This document shows positions 47,595 through 57,793 of a stretch of DNA of 64,000 nucleotides, in pieces; within the stretch, counting starts at the first letter, position 1, and each line of letters opens with the position of its first letter. Position numbers and translations under genes: made by a program. The notes below the pieces were generated by a model, which made no database searches, had not been told where the DNA came from, and saw nothing but the letters and a program-made list of their open reading frames with translations. The stretch is taken from NCBI GenBank assembly GCA_963676835.2, contig CAXXFF010000002.1, positions 1,696,001-1,760,000 on the forward strand. The letters are read 5' to 3'. This DNA comes from Marispirochaeta sp. GTDB taxonomy: Bacteria; Spirochaetota; Spirochaetia; JC444; Marispirochaetaceae.

Positions 47595-48554
47595 ATGGTT
47601 TCAGATCTTCAGTCACTCTATAAAGCCTGTAATCTCTGTCCCCGAAGCTGCGGTGTCGACCGTAAAGCGGGAAATGCCGGTTTTTGCGGCGAGACGGATC
47701 GGATGCGTCTTGCCTGCGCTACGCTGCATAAAGGGGAGGAGCCGCCCCTGGTAACCGGAGAAGGTTCAGGGGCTGTTTTCTTTACCGGCTGTACCCTTGG
47801 ATGCCGGGACTGCCAGAACTGTCAGATCAGCCGTGACGGGATGGGCGGCGAAGTAAGTGTGGAGCTTTTTGCGGAGATAATGCTGAGACTTCAGGCTGAA
47901 GGGGCTGCCAATATTAACCTGGTAACAGGCACCCAGTTTGTTCCCTCTATTATCATGTCTCTTGGTGCAGCTAAGAAAAGGGGACTTTCTCTTCCGGTGG
48001 TATGGAATACATCGGGGTTTGAATCACCGGAAACTCTGGAGATGCTCGGTGCCTATATTGATATCTATCTTACGGACATAAAAACGTTTTCCTCATCCCT
48101 TGCTTCAGAACTTTCGGGACGGCGGGATTATCCTTCCCTTATAAAAGAAGGGATTACAGCAATGCTAACAGACCGGCCCCTTAAGTTTGAGGGTGATACA
48201 ATGGTTCGCGGAGTAGTTGTCCGCCATCTGGTTGTACCTGGGTGTATAGAGGAGAGTCTCGAGTTGATTCGCTGGTATGGAAAAAATATCGGAGAGAAGG
48301 CTCTGTTTTCGCTGATGACCCAGTTTATCGATCCTGCCGCCGGGCCTTCCGGTGGGCGTTCAATTACTGCCTGGGAGTATGATCTCCTGCGGGATGCCCT
48401 GGCAGAAGCAGATATAAGTCTGGGATTTCTTCAGGAAATGGAGGATGAGAGCAGCTGGCTGCCGGATTTTTCCCGGGATAACCCCTTTCCGGATGAGTTT
48501 TCCCGGGTGGTCTGGCACTTTAACAAGGGCTTTATGGATCAACCCCCGTTTTAA
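47595..48554 (+). CDS. Radical SAM protein, PflX-like
   Basis: C.LCPR.C.V.R, H.GEEP, GSG.VFFTGC.LGC..CQN..IS, NINLVT, VRHLV.PG. Confidence 0.9.
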   Translation: MVSDLQSLYKACNLCPRSCGVDRKAGNAGFCGETDRMRLACATLHKGEEPPLVTGEGSGAVFFTGCTLGCRDCQNCQISRDGMGGEVSVELFAEIMLRLQAEGAANINLVTGTQFVPSIIMSLGAAKKRGLSLPVVWNTSGFESPETLEMLGAYIDIYLTDIKTFSSSLASELSGRRDYPSLIKEGITAMLTDRPLKFEGDTMVRGVVVRHLVVPGCIEESLELIRWYGKNIGEKALFSLMTQFIDPAAGPSGGRSITAWEYDLLRDALAEADISLGFLQEMEDESSWLPDFSRDNPFPDEFSRVVWHFNKGFMDQPPF

Positions 48555-48563
48555 CCGCCGGGG

Positions 48564-49247
48564 TTAACCGATAACGGTGCCTTCGAACTCTTCGCCCCTG
48601 AGGAGTCGGCCGATGTTGTCGATGTCTTTGCCGGCGGCGGTTATTACCTTCAGACCAAGGCCTGCGGCCTTTGCAGTGGCAATAGGATCGAAGGGTACAT
48701 TTTTCCCGGGAACCCATTCGTCTCCCACCATGGCCCTGAAATCATCCCACGAAATTGTATCAAGCGGGACTGCCTCCGGGTTTGTACGGGGGTCGTCGGT
48801 ATATACCTTTGATATGTTTGACAGGTTGATTACCCGGTCTGCACCGAACTGTTCCGCCAGGTAAACCGCATCGGTATCGGTGGAAAAGCCGGGTTTCCAG
48901 CCGGCGGCTACCAGGATCTTCCCATTCATACTGTTTACAGCAGTCGGATCGGTAACCACTTCATCCGGACACAGGTCAGAGAACACAGCTTTTACCAGCT
49001 GTGCATTCAGTCTGGTTGCCATTATGCCAATCCAGTCCTGCTGGTTTGTATCCGCAGCGGGATTTATCTCCCTGCAGGCCTTCTGGTAGGCCCGGGCGGG
49101 ACCGCCGCCGCCGACAATAAGAATCAGCTGACGTTTGGAGTCCTCCTGCAGATAGCTGCGTACAAGTTCTGCAAAGGAGCTTATAAAATCTGTATCCGGT
49201 GAGTCCGGTGCCACGATTGATCCGCCGAGGGATATTACTGTTACCAT
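48564..49247 (-). CDS. pyrH: UMP kinase (archaeal-type)
   Basis: VISLGGS, VGGGG.AR.Y, DWIGI.ATRLNA, PGFSTD, VY..DP, PFDP.A. Confidence 0.93.
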   Translation of the reverse strand: MVTVISLGGSIVAPDSPDTDFISSFAELVRSYLQEDSKRQLILIVGGGGPARAYQKACREINPAADTNQQDWIGIMATRLNAQLVKAVFSDLCPDEVVTDPTAVNSMNGKILVAAGWKPGFSTDTDAVYLAEQFGADRVINLSNISKVYTDDPRTNPEAVPLDTISWDDFRAMVGDEWVPGKNVPFDPIATAKAAGLGLKVITAAGKDIDNIGRLLRGEEFEGTVIG

Positions 49248-49310
49248 GGCCCTACTATACTCATGCCTCTATGGCGTGACAAGCATCCCCTCGCTGCGTA
49301 TACTGTCCCC

Positions 49311-51755
49311 ATGCTGAGCTGGCTGAGGAAAAAGCGTCAACATGACTACGATGACCTGGTGCAGGAACGCTGGGAAACTTCGTTTACCCGCAAAGATGAT
49401 CGCCGCTTTCCCCCTGAGGAAGAGGGGATGGGGTACGTTGCCGGGGAGGAAAAACAGGGCTATCGTCTCTCACTTGAAAAGAAACAGATCTTTGCCTGGG
49501 TGGAAGACCCTGTCTACCGCTATGAAGATCTGCTGCTGGAAGCGGATGTCCATTTTGACTCGGGCAACGGATACTCTGCGGCGGGCTTCCTGTTTCGTTA
49601 TATTGAGGAGGGTGGGTACTATTCTTTTCTTGTCTCCAACCGGGGACATTTCCGCCTCGACCTGGTATTTAATGGTAAACCCCGAACCCTGATTCCCTGG
49701 ACCCCCGCGCCGGAACCCGAGGATGACCATATCTATCTGCGAATCATTGTCCGGGATTCAGGGATTGTCTGCACGGTTAATGAGCAGTGGGTGGCGGAGC
49801 TTGAAGATGAAAACCTGAAAGGCGGGCGAATTGCTTTTGCCGGCCAGAATTATGATGAAAAGGAAACTGCCGGGTTTACTCTTGAGAAACTGAGGGTTGA
49901 TTCCATTCCTGTGGATATCGAAGCTTCATGGTATCGCTGGAACAAGGCGGTCAAGCCGGAACGCCCCAGGCGGATCCTTCTTGCCGAAAGCCTTTACAGC
50001 GGAGGTTCCTACCCTGCGGCAGCGGTGCAGCTGAAGAAAGCATTTACCCAGGCGGATCCCTCCGCACCGGAGTACTTTCTGTTAGCTGAATGCTGTATGC
50101 GTCTCGGACTTTATGACGAAGCACTTGCCGCGGTGGATAATACCCTGAAAATTGATCCTGCCTACTCTGATGCAATAAAGGAGCGGGGGAACCTGCTTTA
50201 TATACTTAATCATTTCCTTGAACTCCGGGATTATATCGCTGCCCGCCCGCAATCCCTGGCTGATGATCCCATGCTGCTGAATCTGCTGGGTCATGGGGAA
50301 TTCGGTGTGGGCAACTGGGCAGCCGCGGCGGATGCCTACGCCGCTGCAGCAGCGGCGGATCCCTCCATGCCTCTCTATCTGGTGAATGCTGCCAGGGCTA
50401 AAGAGCGCTGCGGCAGAAAGGATGAAGCGGTGGCTGATTACCTGCAGGCTGCACGCCTCTATTTCCGCCAGGAGGCCTATTATGATCTCGAGGGAATTAT
50501 TCCTGCCCTTCAGGAGCTGGTTCCGGATAATCCTGAAGTCAGAGGTCTTGAAGGGAAGGTTCTTTTCGGCCGGGGAGACTACTCCGGGGCGGATGAAATT
50601 TTCCGGGAGCAGCTTGAAGCCGGCAGCGGCGACAGCTCCATCTGCTTTCTTCACGGCATGGTGCAGATCCTTACGGGACGCCGGGATGTTGCTGCGGAAT
50701 ATCTTCTCCGGGCCACCGAGCTTGAGCCGGAATACTACCTTTACTGGCTGCGTCTTGCGGACAACCTTCACGCCATGGGCCTCGATGCGGGGGATGAGAT
50801 TCAGCGGGCTATCGATCTGGCCCCGGATGATCCCTGGGTTCTGAACCTTGCGGGTCTTATTCGGGCCGAGGAAGGGGACTTTTCTGTTTCCAGGCAGTAT
50901 TTGTCCCGGGCGGCGGAAAAAGCACCGGAGGAAGAGGAAATTCAGGCCAACATGGCCTATCTTATCAGCCGTGAAGAGGGGCTTGAAGCCGGAATTGCCT
51001 ATATCGACGGTCTTGGAGATACCTTCCCGGAATCTCATATCCTGCTTAATCAGCGGGCCAATTTTCTTGTGGAGCTTGATCTGCTGGAAGAAGCGGTTAT
51101 GCTCTATGAAAAAGCTGTGCGCATGGCTCCGGAAAACAGGGACTACAGAATGAACTGTGCCTCTGCCTGTCTTAAAGGAGATATGATCAGCCGGGCTGAA
51201 GAGCTGTATCAGGAGCTCCTGGAAGATCAGCCGGAAGATCCTGCATCCATGACGGGTATCGGCAACTGCGCCTGGGTAAAGAGCGAGTTTATCCGGGCGG
51301 AGGCCGCCTACAGGGAAGCTGTGCGGATTAAGCCTGAAGCAGAGGATGCATGGAGTAATCTGGTTGAACTGCTGTATACCATGCGCCGTTTTCCCGAGGC
51401 GAAAAAAGCTGTTGCAGATGCCCGCGAGGTACTGGGAGATGAACTTCCCCCAAGGCTTGCCTGGCTTGCCGAAAGGATTACCGGGGCCACTGAAGACAGG
51501 TATTCCTGTGCCGACTGCGGTCTTTCCTGGGCAATTGAAAAAAGCGATGATCCTGTGCCGCCATTAAGGCTCCATGGGGAGCCTCCGGGAAATGCTCCAG
51601 CCGGAAAGTGCAGTGAGTGCGGAAAGGTTTTCTGTGTTACCTGTGCTTCTTCCCGGGTGCAGGATTCCAGGCTGATCTGTGAATGCGGTGCTCCCCTCAA
51701 GTTGAATGAAGCTCCCCTGAGGCGTATCCTGCTTCGGGAAATTGAGCGTTCTTGA
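49311..51755 (+). CDS. Large TPR protein with N-terminal LamG/DUF1080-like domain and C-terminal Cys-rich Zn-binding region
   Basis: AGF.FRY...YY.F..S..G.F.L beta-sandwich; many TPRs; CADC...CSEC...CVTC...CECG; start re-called at 49311. Confidence 0.75.
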   Translation: MLSWLRKKRQHDYDDLVQERWETSFTRKDDRRFPPEEEGMGYVAGEEKQGYRLSLEKKQIFAWVEDPVYRYEDLLLEADVHFDSGNGYSAAGFLFRYIEEGGYYSFLVSNRGHFRLDLVFNGKPRTLIPWTPAPEPEDDHIYLRIIVRDSGIVCTVNEQWVAELEDENLKGGRIAFAGQNYDEKETAGFTLEKLRVDSIPVDIEASWYRWNKAVKPERPRRILLAESLYSGGSYPAAAVQLKKAFTQADPSAPEYFLLAECCMRLGLYDEALAAVDNTLKIDPAYSDAIKERGNLLYILNHFLELRDYIAARPQSLADDPMLLNLLGHGEFGVGNWAAAADAYAAAAAADPSMPLYLVNAARAKERCGRKDEAVADYLQAARLYFRQEAYYDLEGIIPALQELVPDNPEVRGLEGKVLFGRGDYSGADEIFREQLEAGSGDSSICFLHGMVQILTGRRDVAAEYLLRATELEPEYYLYWLRLADNLHAMGLDAGDEIQRAIDLAPDDPWVLNLAGLIRAEEGDFSVSRQYLSRAAEKAPEEEEIQANMAYLISREEGLEAGIAYIDGLGDTFPESHILLNQRANFLVELDLLEEAVMLYEKAVRMAPENRDYRMNCASACLKGDMISRAEELYQELLEDQPEDPASMTGIGNCAWVKSEFIRAEAAYREAVRIKPEAEDAWSNLVELLYTMRRFPEAKKAVADAREVLGDELPPRLAWLAERITGATEDRYSCADCGLSWAIEKSDDPVPPLRLHGEPPGNAPAGKCSECGKVFCVTCASSRVQDSRLICECGAPLKLNEAPLRRILLREIERS

Positions 51756-51806
51756 CAAACCGCCGGACTTGAGTAAGATGGTTCTAACGCTCAGTGAGGA
51801 CGTAAC

Positions 51807-52469
51807 GTGAAACGACCCTTTTTATCTTTTTTCTTTCTGGTTTTCTGCTGCTTTTTTCCCGGTTTCCTCATAGCCCAGGAGATTCAGACTGCAGTTCAGT
51901 TTTTTGACCAGGTTTCAGAGAAATATGAATACATTCAGGATTACGAAGCTGACATCGTAATCACCCAGCCCGAAAATGTGCTGGAAGGAATTATCTACTA
52001 TAAAAACCCCAACCGCATCAGGATTAATTTCAGTGATCCCGAGGACCAGGTTATTGTCTCCGACGGCAGACTTTTAACAGTTTATCTGCCCGGTCAGAGT
52101 GTAACCCTTACCCAGAATCTGGCCAGAGGCAGCTCTGAAGCTGCCGGACTGCGTCTGTTCAAACAGGGATACAGCATTGCATACCAGGAGAGCCCCGATT
52201 ATGTTCCTCTCGACGAGGGATCCCGGGAAGAGGTTGTAAAACTCAATCTGGTGTGGAAGACCACCGATGAAGGGTTTCGTCAGATAGAAATGGCCATAGG
52301 CAGAAACGGAATGATCCGCCGGATCAAGGGTATAACCAAGGATTTTGATGAGATTCAGATAGATCTGATGAATATCAAGGTTAACCAGAATATTCCCGAT
52401 GCCAGGTTTGATTACGACAGTCCCCCGTCGTCCTATGTCATAAACAATTTTATTTTTCCCGATGAATAA
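51807..52469 (+). CDS. lolA: Outer-membrane lipoprotein carrier LolA
   Basis: Signal peptide; G..YYK.P.R.RI.F..P..QVIVSDG..L..Y.P; C-terminal F....P. Confidence 0.82.
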   Translation: MKRPFLSFFFLVFCCFFPGFLIAQEIQTAVQFFDQVSEKYEYIQDYEADIVITQPENVLEGIIYYKNPNRIRINFSDPEDQVIVSDGRLLTVYLPGQSVTLTQNLARGSSEAAGLRLFKQGYSIAYQESPDYVPLDEGSREEVVKLNLVWKTTDEGFRQIEMAIGRNGMIRRIKGITKDFDEIQIDLMNIKVNQNIPDARFDYDSPPSSYVINNFIFPDE

Positions 52470-52484
52470 GGTAAGTAGGTAATA

Positions 52485-53591
52485 ATGGAGTCTATTGGAG
52501 AAAAGCTGCGCAGCCGCCGCACAGAAGAGGGTTACAGCATTAATCAGGTAAGCAGGGATACAAATATCGCCAAAGCCTACCTGGAAGCTCTGGAGAGTGA
52601 AGATTTTCTTGCTTTTCCCGGAGAGCCCTACCTGATCGGATTTCTGCGCAACTACAGTGAGTATCTTGGTCTTGATGTTGATGAGATGATCTCTCTCTAC
52701 CGGAACTTCAAGATACAGGAACAGCCTGTTCCAATGGATGAGCTGATAATGCGCCGGGGGCCTTCTCCGGTTCTGATAATACTTGTTATCCTGCTTTCCG
52801 CCGGGGCTCTCGGAGCAGCCGGGTTCTTCCTCTATCCGAAGATCATCTCTTCCGGAGGGAGTGTTGAGAAGCCCGTTGAGACAGCCCCTGAGCCTGTTGC
52901 TGCGGAGGAGCCGGCTGTTGAAAGCGGCGGTCCGGTGTTCTCTTTTACCGATGAGATTGTCGAGCAGCGCTTTGAAGCTGAAACGGCTGTTGAGTTTTCC
53001 CAGGGAAGTGAATCCCGCCGTTTTGTTATCCTCCTTGAGGATGATGCTGTAATACTTGCGGCGGCAGCGGATAATATTTCCTTTAAACTCGGGGAAGAAA
53101 AGGATATAGATCTCAACGGAGACGGAAATATGGACCTGAAGGTCCTTGTCCGTGATATCGATACCTCCGCCGGCACTGCGGTTTTGCGTCTCGACAAGTC
53201 TGTATATGTCCCCCGTCAGCCACGGGTTGAAGCTGTTGATCTTCCGACAGGATCAACTCAGGTCGCCTCAAGAACTCTGGAACCCCGCGTTCTCTACAGT
53301 GCAAATTCTCCCGAGGTAATCACCATGACCATCGGCTTTCGCGGGAATACTCTTTTCCGCTATGCCGTTGATAACGATCCCCGGGAGGAACGCTTTTTTC
53401 AGAAAGGTGAAGCCCTGAGGTTGAGTTTTTCAAACTCCCTGAGGATCTGGGCCTCCAATGGCGGTGTTGTTCAGGGCAGGCTCAAGGGTGAAGATGTCCC
53501 TCTTGGCAGATCCGGTCAGATTGTTGTCTGGCTCCTCAAGTGGCGTATTACCGATGGTAAGTACGAATTAATGCTCAACCCCGTCTACTGA
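52485..53591 (+). CDS. rodZ: RodZ-like HTH membrane protein
   Basis: IGE.L...R...G.SI..V...TNI...YL.ALE...F...PG..Y..GFLRNY..YLGL; single TM; lolA-rodZ-rimO context. Confidence 0.8.
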   Translation: MESIGEKLRSRRTEEGYSINQVSRDTNIAKAYLEALESEDFLAFPGEPYLIGFLRNYSEYLGLDVDEMISLYRNFKIQEQPVPMDELIMRRGPSPVLIILVILLSAGALGAAGFFLYPKIISSGGSVEKPVETAPEPVAAEEPAVESGGPVFSFTDEIVEQRFEAETAVEFSQGSESRRFVILLEDDAVILAAAADNISFKLGEEKDIDLNGDGNMDLKVLVRDIDTSAGTAVLRLDKSVYVPRQPRVEAVDLPTGSTQVASRTLEPRVLYSANSPEVITMTIGFRGNTLFRYAVDNDPREERFFQKGEALRLSFSNSLRIWASNGGVVQGRLKGEDVPLGRSGQIVVWLLKWRITDGKYELMLNPVY

Positions 53592-54907
53592 TGCTGCAAA
53601 AGGTTGCCATAGCCAGTCTGGGCTGTGCGAAAAATCAGGTTGATACAGAATATCTCATTTCCCTGCTGCATGCGGCGGGTTACACCTATACCGGCGATTA
53701 CTCAACTGCCGATGCCATAATTGTAAACAGCTGCGGTTTTATTAATCCCGCCAAGGAAGAGTCAATCTCGGTGACAATGGAGCTGAAAAGGCAGTATCCG
53801 GAGGCAAAAATTGTCCTTGCCGGATGTCTCGCCCAGCGCTACGGCCGTGAGATGAATCTGCCTGAAGCTGATGCTTTGGCGGGAAACCGTAATCTTGATT
53901 CCGTTATTGAGGCCCTGAGGGCCCTGGATTCTGAAAACCGTCCGGTGGTTATGCTTGAAGGCGATACCGGAGAGATCGAACGGGTAAGGCTGCTCTCGGA
54001 AGAGGGCACTGCTTTTGTAAAGATTGCCGAGGGCTGCGATAATAACTGCACCTACTGTGCCATTCCGCTTATCCGGGGGCCCGTGGTCAGCCGTTCCATG
54101 GATGCCGTAGTTGAAGAAGTTAAGACCCTGATAGAGCAGGGGATATTTGAAATCAGCCTGGTGGCCCAGGATCTGGCCTCATACGGCAAGGACCGGGGGA
54201 GCCGGGAACTTCCCGAACTTCTTCGGAGAATCAGCGCTCTTTCCGGAGATTTCTGGATCCGTCTCCTCTATATTCATCCCGACCGTTTTCCCGAAGAGAT
54301 TCTTCCTGTAATGCAGAAGGATCCGAGGATTCTTCCCTATTTTGACATACCCTTCCAGCATGCTTCATCACGGGTTCTCCGCAGAATGGGGCGCCATGGA
54401 TCTGCCTCATCCTACCTGGAGCTTATGGGCCGTATCCGGCAGGCACTTCCCGATGCGGTATTCCGGACAACCATGCTGCTTGGTTTTCCCGGAGAAGGAG
54501 AGTCTGACCGCAGAGAGGTCGAAAAGTTCCTTAAGGACGGCAAATTCCTCTGGGCCGGATTTTTCATCTACTCCCCCGAAGAGGGTACTCCGGCTTACCG
54601 GTTCCGGGAGATTCTTCCCGGACTGACCGCCATGAGGGCCAGACGCTGGCAGAAGAGACTGCAGGAAGCCCAGACGGAGATCAGCAGAGAGGTTCTGTCC
54701 GGTTTTATCGGCCGTGAATTGCTCCTGCTGGTTGAAGAGCCGGTACAGGAGGAGGACCTGGCCATAGCCAGAAGTTATCTTCAGGCTCCCGAGGTGGACG
54801 GATCGGTTGTACTTCATGGGGAAGATCTTAAAGCCGGCCAGCGGATCACTGCCGGAATCGTGGCGGTAAACGGGATCGACCTTGAGGCTAAACCGGTTTT
54901 ACGGTAA
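53591..54907 (+). CDS. rimO: Ribosomal protein S12 methylthiotransferase
   Basis: SLGCAKNQVD.E, VNSCGFI..AK.ES, KIAEGCDN.C.YCAIP.IRG, APEVDG. Confidence 0.93.
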   Translation: MLQKVAIASLGCAKNQVDTEYLISLLHAAGYTYTGDYSTADAIIVNSCGFINPAKEESISVTMELKRQYPEAKIVLAGCLAQRYGREMNLPEADALAGNRNLDSVIEALRALDSENRPVVMLEGDTGEIERVRLLSEEGTAFVKIAEGCDNNCTYCAIPLIRGPVVSRSMDAVVEEVKTLIEQGIFEISLVAQDLASYGKDRGSRELPELLRRISALSGDFWIRLLYIHPDRFPEEILPVMQKDPRILPYFDIPFQHASSRVLRRMGRHGSASSYLELMGRIRQALPDAVFRTTMLLGFPGEGESDRREVEKFLKDGKFLWAGFFIYSPEEGTPAYRFREILPGLTAMRARRWQKRLQEAQTEISREVLSGFIGRELLLLVEEPVQEEDLAIARSYLQAPEVDGSVVLHGEDLKAGQRITAGIVAVNGIDLEAKPVLR

Positions 54908-54918
54908 AGTCCTTTCAG

Positions 54919-57000
54919 ATGGACCGCCCTCAGTACCTTGAAACCCTTAATCCCAGGCAGCATGAGGCTGTTACCCACTTCGGTTCACCCCTTCTTATCC
55001 TTGCCGGCGCAGGCTCAGGGAAAACCAGGGTTATTACCACCCGTATTGCCTATCTGGTGGATCATGTAGGGGTTGATCCCCGTTCTATTCTGGCAGTTAC
55101 CTTTACCAACAAGGCAGCCCGGGAAATGCTCGACCGTGCCAGGTCGCTTACCACCAATGCCGATGGCGTAATGATCCGTACATTTCACTCCTTCGGCGCC
55201 TGGATGCTGCGCAGAAATGCCGCTCTTGCCGGGTTGAACTCAGGTTTTACCATCTACGACGACGATGATGCCCTTACTCTGCTCCATTCCATCGAACCGG
55301 GGCGTAAAAAGAATGACCTCAAACGCTATGCCCGCATGATAAGCCGTGCCAAGGATTACGCCCTTTCCCCTGAAGATGATCTGAGCATAATTTCTTCAGA
55401 GCCCGAACTTCCCAGGCTCTACAAGCGCTATCAGGAGCGGCTCAACCAGATGGGTAATGTCGATTTCGGTGATCTCATTATGAAGCCCATGACCCTGCTG
55501 CGGGATGATCCGGTGCTTGCCGGCCGCTTTCATCAGCGCTACTCAGTGGTTATGGTGGATGAGTATCAGGACTCCAACGTTGCCCAGTATCGTATGCTTA
55601 AATCACTGGCCGGGCCGGCAACGGATGTCTGTGTTGTAGGCGATGAAGACCAGTCCATTTACCGGTTCCGGGGCGCCGAAGTCCGCAATATCATTAATTT
55701 TCCCGAAGAATTTCCCGGTACGAAGATTATCCGCCTGGAGGAGAATTACCGCTCCACCGGTACCATACTCTCGGTTGCTACACAGGTTATTGCCAATAAT
55801 TCCGAACGTCTTGGAAAAACCCTCTGGACAAGCAATCCTGAGGGAGACAAAGCGCGAATTGTGTATCTGAACGACCATGAAGAGGAAGCAGAGTACTGCG
55901 CCCGCCTTCTGGGTGACCGACGCTACAGCGATACGGCTATACTGTACCGTACCAACGCCCAGTCTCTTTCCTTTGAATCGGTGTTCCTGCGCAAGGGCAT
56001 CCCCTATCGTATAATAGGCTCTCTCCGGTTCTACGAAAGGGAGGAGGTGAAGGATGTACTTGCCTTTCTGGCATTCCTTTCGAATCCTCTTGATGAAGTC
56101 GCTTTCCGCAGGATTATCAACAAACCTGCCCGGGGTATCGGAAAAACCAGCCTGCAGAAGATTCTCGACATCTCCGGAGGGGGCAATCTGCATGAGGCAT
56201 GCCGGGAAGCCGCAAAAAATGCCGGAGCCAGAAGCCGCGACGGATTGCTGAGCTTCACCGGTCTTGTCTCCACCCTTGGCGAGATGCTTGCCGAAGCACC
56301 GCTGTCGGAGGTGGTGGAATTGCTGATCCGGGACTCCGGCCTGTACGAATACCACCGGCAGCAGGATGAGGTGGCGGGATCGCAGAAAATCGCCAACCTT
56401 GAAGAGATGGTCAACGCAGCTGCCGACTACGGCAGGGGGGCTGAGGCTCTTGCCTCTTTCCTTGAAGATATAGAACTCGACCGCAGCCGGATGACCGGAG
56501 AAGAAGAGACCGGCGATTTTGTTACCCTGATAACCATGCATAATACCAAGGGGCTTGAGTTTCCCCGGGTGATCATAACCGGTATGGAAGAGGAGCTTTT
56601 TCCCGGTTCCGCCGGTTTCCGTGAAGTTGATTACGAGGAAGAGCGGCGGATTTTCTATGTAAGCCTTACCCGGGCGGAAAAAGAGCTGATCCTTACCAGC
56701 TGCCGCAGCCGATATATATGGGGCAGGCGGAATCTGCAGAGTCCTTCCTGTTTTCTGCGGGAGATACCGGAAGATTGCATAGAAGTCGAAGGTGGAGATT
56801 CTCCTGATGCAGGCTCTGGTCTCAGCTATAATCCCGGCGACGGGGTGTATCATGACGCCTATGGTACCGGGGTAGTGGTTAAATCCTGGCTTAACGGGGA
56901 GCGGGAGCTTATTATTGTACAGTTTGAGACCGGCAGAAGCGCAACCTTTTATCCCGAGTTTGAAAGTCACCTCGAAAGGGTAAGTATAGATGAGTTTTAA
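54919..57000 (+). CDS. pcrA: UvrD/PcrA ATP-dependent DNA helicase
   Basis: LAGAGSGKTR, VTFTNKAA.EM, VDEYQD.N..Q, VGD.DQSIY.FRGA, LEENYRST, T.H..KGLEF, EERR.FYV..TRA. Confidence 0.95.
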   Translation: MDRPQYLETLNPRQHEAVTHFGSPLLILAGAGSGKTRVITTRIAYLVDHVGVDPRSILAVTFTNKAAREMLDRARSLTTNADGVMIRTFHSFGAWMLRRNAALAGLNSGFTIYDDDDALTLLHSIEPGRKKNDLKRYARMISRAKDYALSPEDDLSIISSEPELPRLYKRYQERLNQMGNVDFGDLIMKPMTLLRDDPVLAGRFHQRYSVVMVDEYQDSNVAQYRMLKSLAGPATDVCVVGDEDQSIYRFRGAEVRNIINFPEEFPGTKIIRLEENYRSTGTILSVATQVIANNSERLGKTLWTSNPEGDKARIVYLNDHEEEAEYCARLLGDRRYSDTAILYRTNAQSLSFESVFLRKGIPYRIIGSLRFYEREEVKDVLAFLAFLSNPLDEVAFRRIINKPARGIGKTSLQKILDISGGGNLHEACREAAKNAGARSRDGLLSFTGLVSTLGEMLAEAPLSEVVELLIRDSGLYEYHRQQDEVAGSQKIANLEEMVNAAADYGRGAEALASFLEDIELDRSRMTGEEETGDFVTLITMHNTKGLEFPRVIITGMEEELFPGSAGFREVDYEEERRIFYVSLTRAEKELILTSCRSRYIWGRRNLQSPSCFLREIPEDCIEVEGGDSPDAGSGLSYNPGDGVYHDAYGTGVVVKSWLNGERELIIVQFETGRSATFYPEFESHLERVSIDEF

Positions 57001-57793
57001 TCTTCCCGGGGCTTCCCGGTTCTCCCATTTTCCGGAAATACGCAGGGCCCGGGGATTTCATCTCTACGGGGCTGACGGCCGTCGCTATCTGAATATGTAT
57101 CTGGATGGGGGCAGAGAACTTTCGGGCAGCCGTCCCGCCGGAATGGGGCAGCGCTTCAAGGCAAGCCTCGATAAGCTGGGGGTAATTTCCTGCGGTACCG
57201 CCTGGCCGCGAAGGTTTGAAAAGCTGCTTCTGAAGCAGTTTCCCCGCTACAGCCATGCCGCGCTTCTTTCTCCGCTGGATTTTTACCGCTTTACAGCGTC
57301 TGCCTCCGGGGAAGTCTGGGATCCCTGGGATGTGGGCTACGGATTGTCCGCACCTGCCCGTGCCGCGGTTTCTCTCTGGCGTCCCTGGCTTGATTCTCCC
57401 GAGGCGGATATTCTTGTGCCTGTAATCCCCGGGGCAGGCACCTGGGGCGCTGTCCCGGTACTTTCCGCAAAGCCGCTGGATTTTGATTCAGCACCGGTTG
57501 CGCCGTTTTTGCTTGCGCCCCAGCTCTTTGCAGCAGGTATGCTTTTTGAGGAAGTTAAAGAGAGAGAATCCTCAGGCTTCGAGAGGATCACCGGTCCCTG
57601 GCGTCAGCTCGGCCCCTATCTCTATCCACTGGGAGAGGAGAAGAGGTATCATCAGGTGACTGTTGAGCTGTTAAGCTGCGGCATATACCCTTCGCCGGAT
57701 TTTTATACCCCGTCGATTGTGCCGGGAGAGTTCAGTGAGGGTGAACTGCGGAGTCTTAAGAAAAAGGAGAACGTATGGGACAGGATCTGCTGA
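56990..57793 (+). CDS. Degenerate class III aminotransferase-like protein
   Basis: IRRARGFHLY..DGRRYL...L.GG N-terminus; short, no recognisable PLP-lysine motif. Confidence 0.6.
   Translation: MSFNLPGASRFSHFPEIRRARGFHLYGADGRRYLNMYLDGGRELSGSRPAGMGQRFKASLDKLGVISCGTAWPRRFEKLLLKQFPRYSHAALLSPLDFYRFTASASGEVWDPWDVGYGLSAPARAAVSLWRPWLDSPEADILVPVIPGAGTWGAVPVLSAKPLDFDSAPVAPFLLAPQLFAAGMLFEEVKERESSGFERITGPWRQLGPYLYPLGEEKRYHQVTVELLSCGIYPSPDFYTPSIVPGEFSEGELRSLKKKENVWDRIC

Noticed and set aside
47443..47754. 103-aa ORF beginning MREPDFESSASTN
   Set aside because: Translation of the antisense tRNA-Leu sequence, a common spurious ORF
48564..49247. Archaeal-type PyrH as recent horizontal transfer
   Set aside because: This type is already known in spirochaetes and no mobility signal is present
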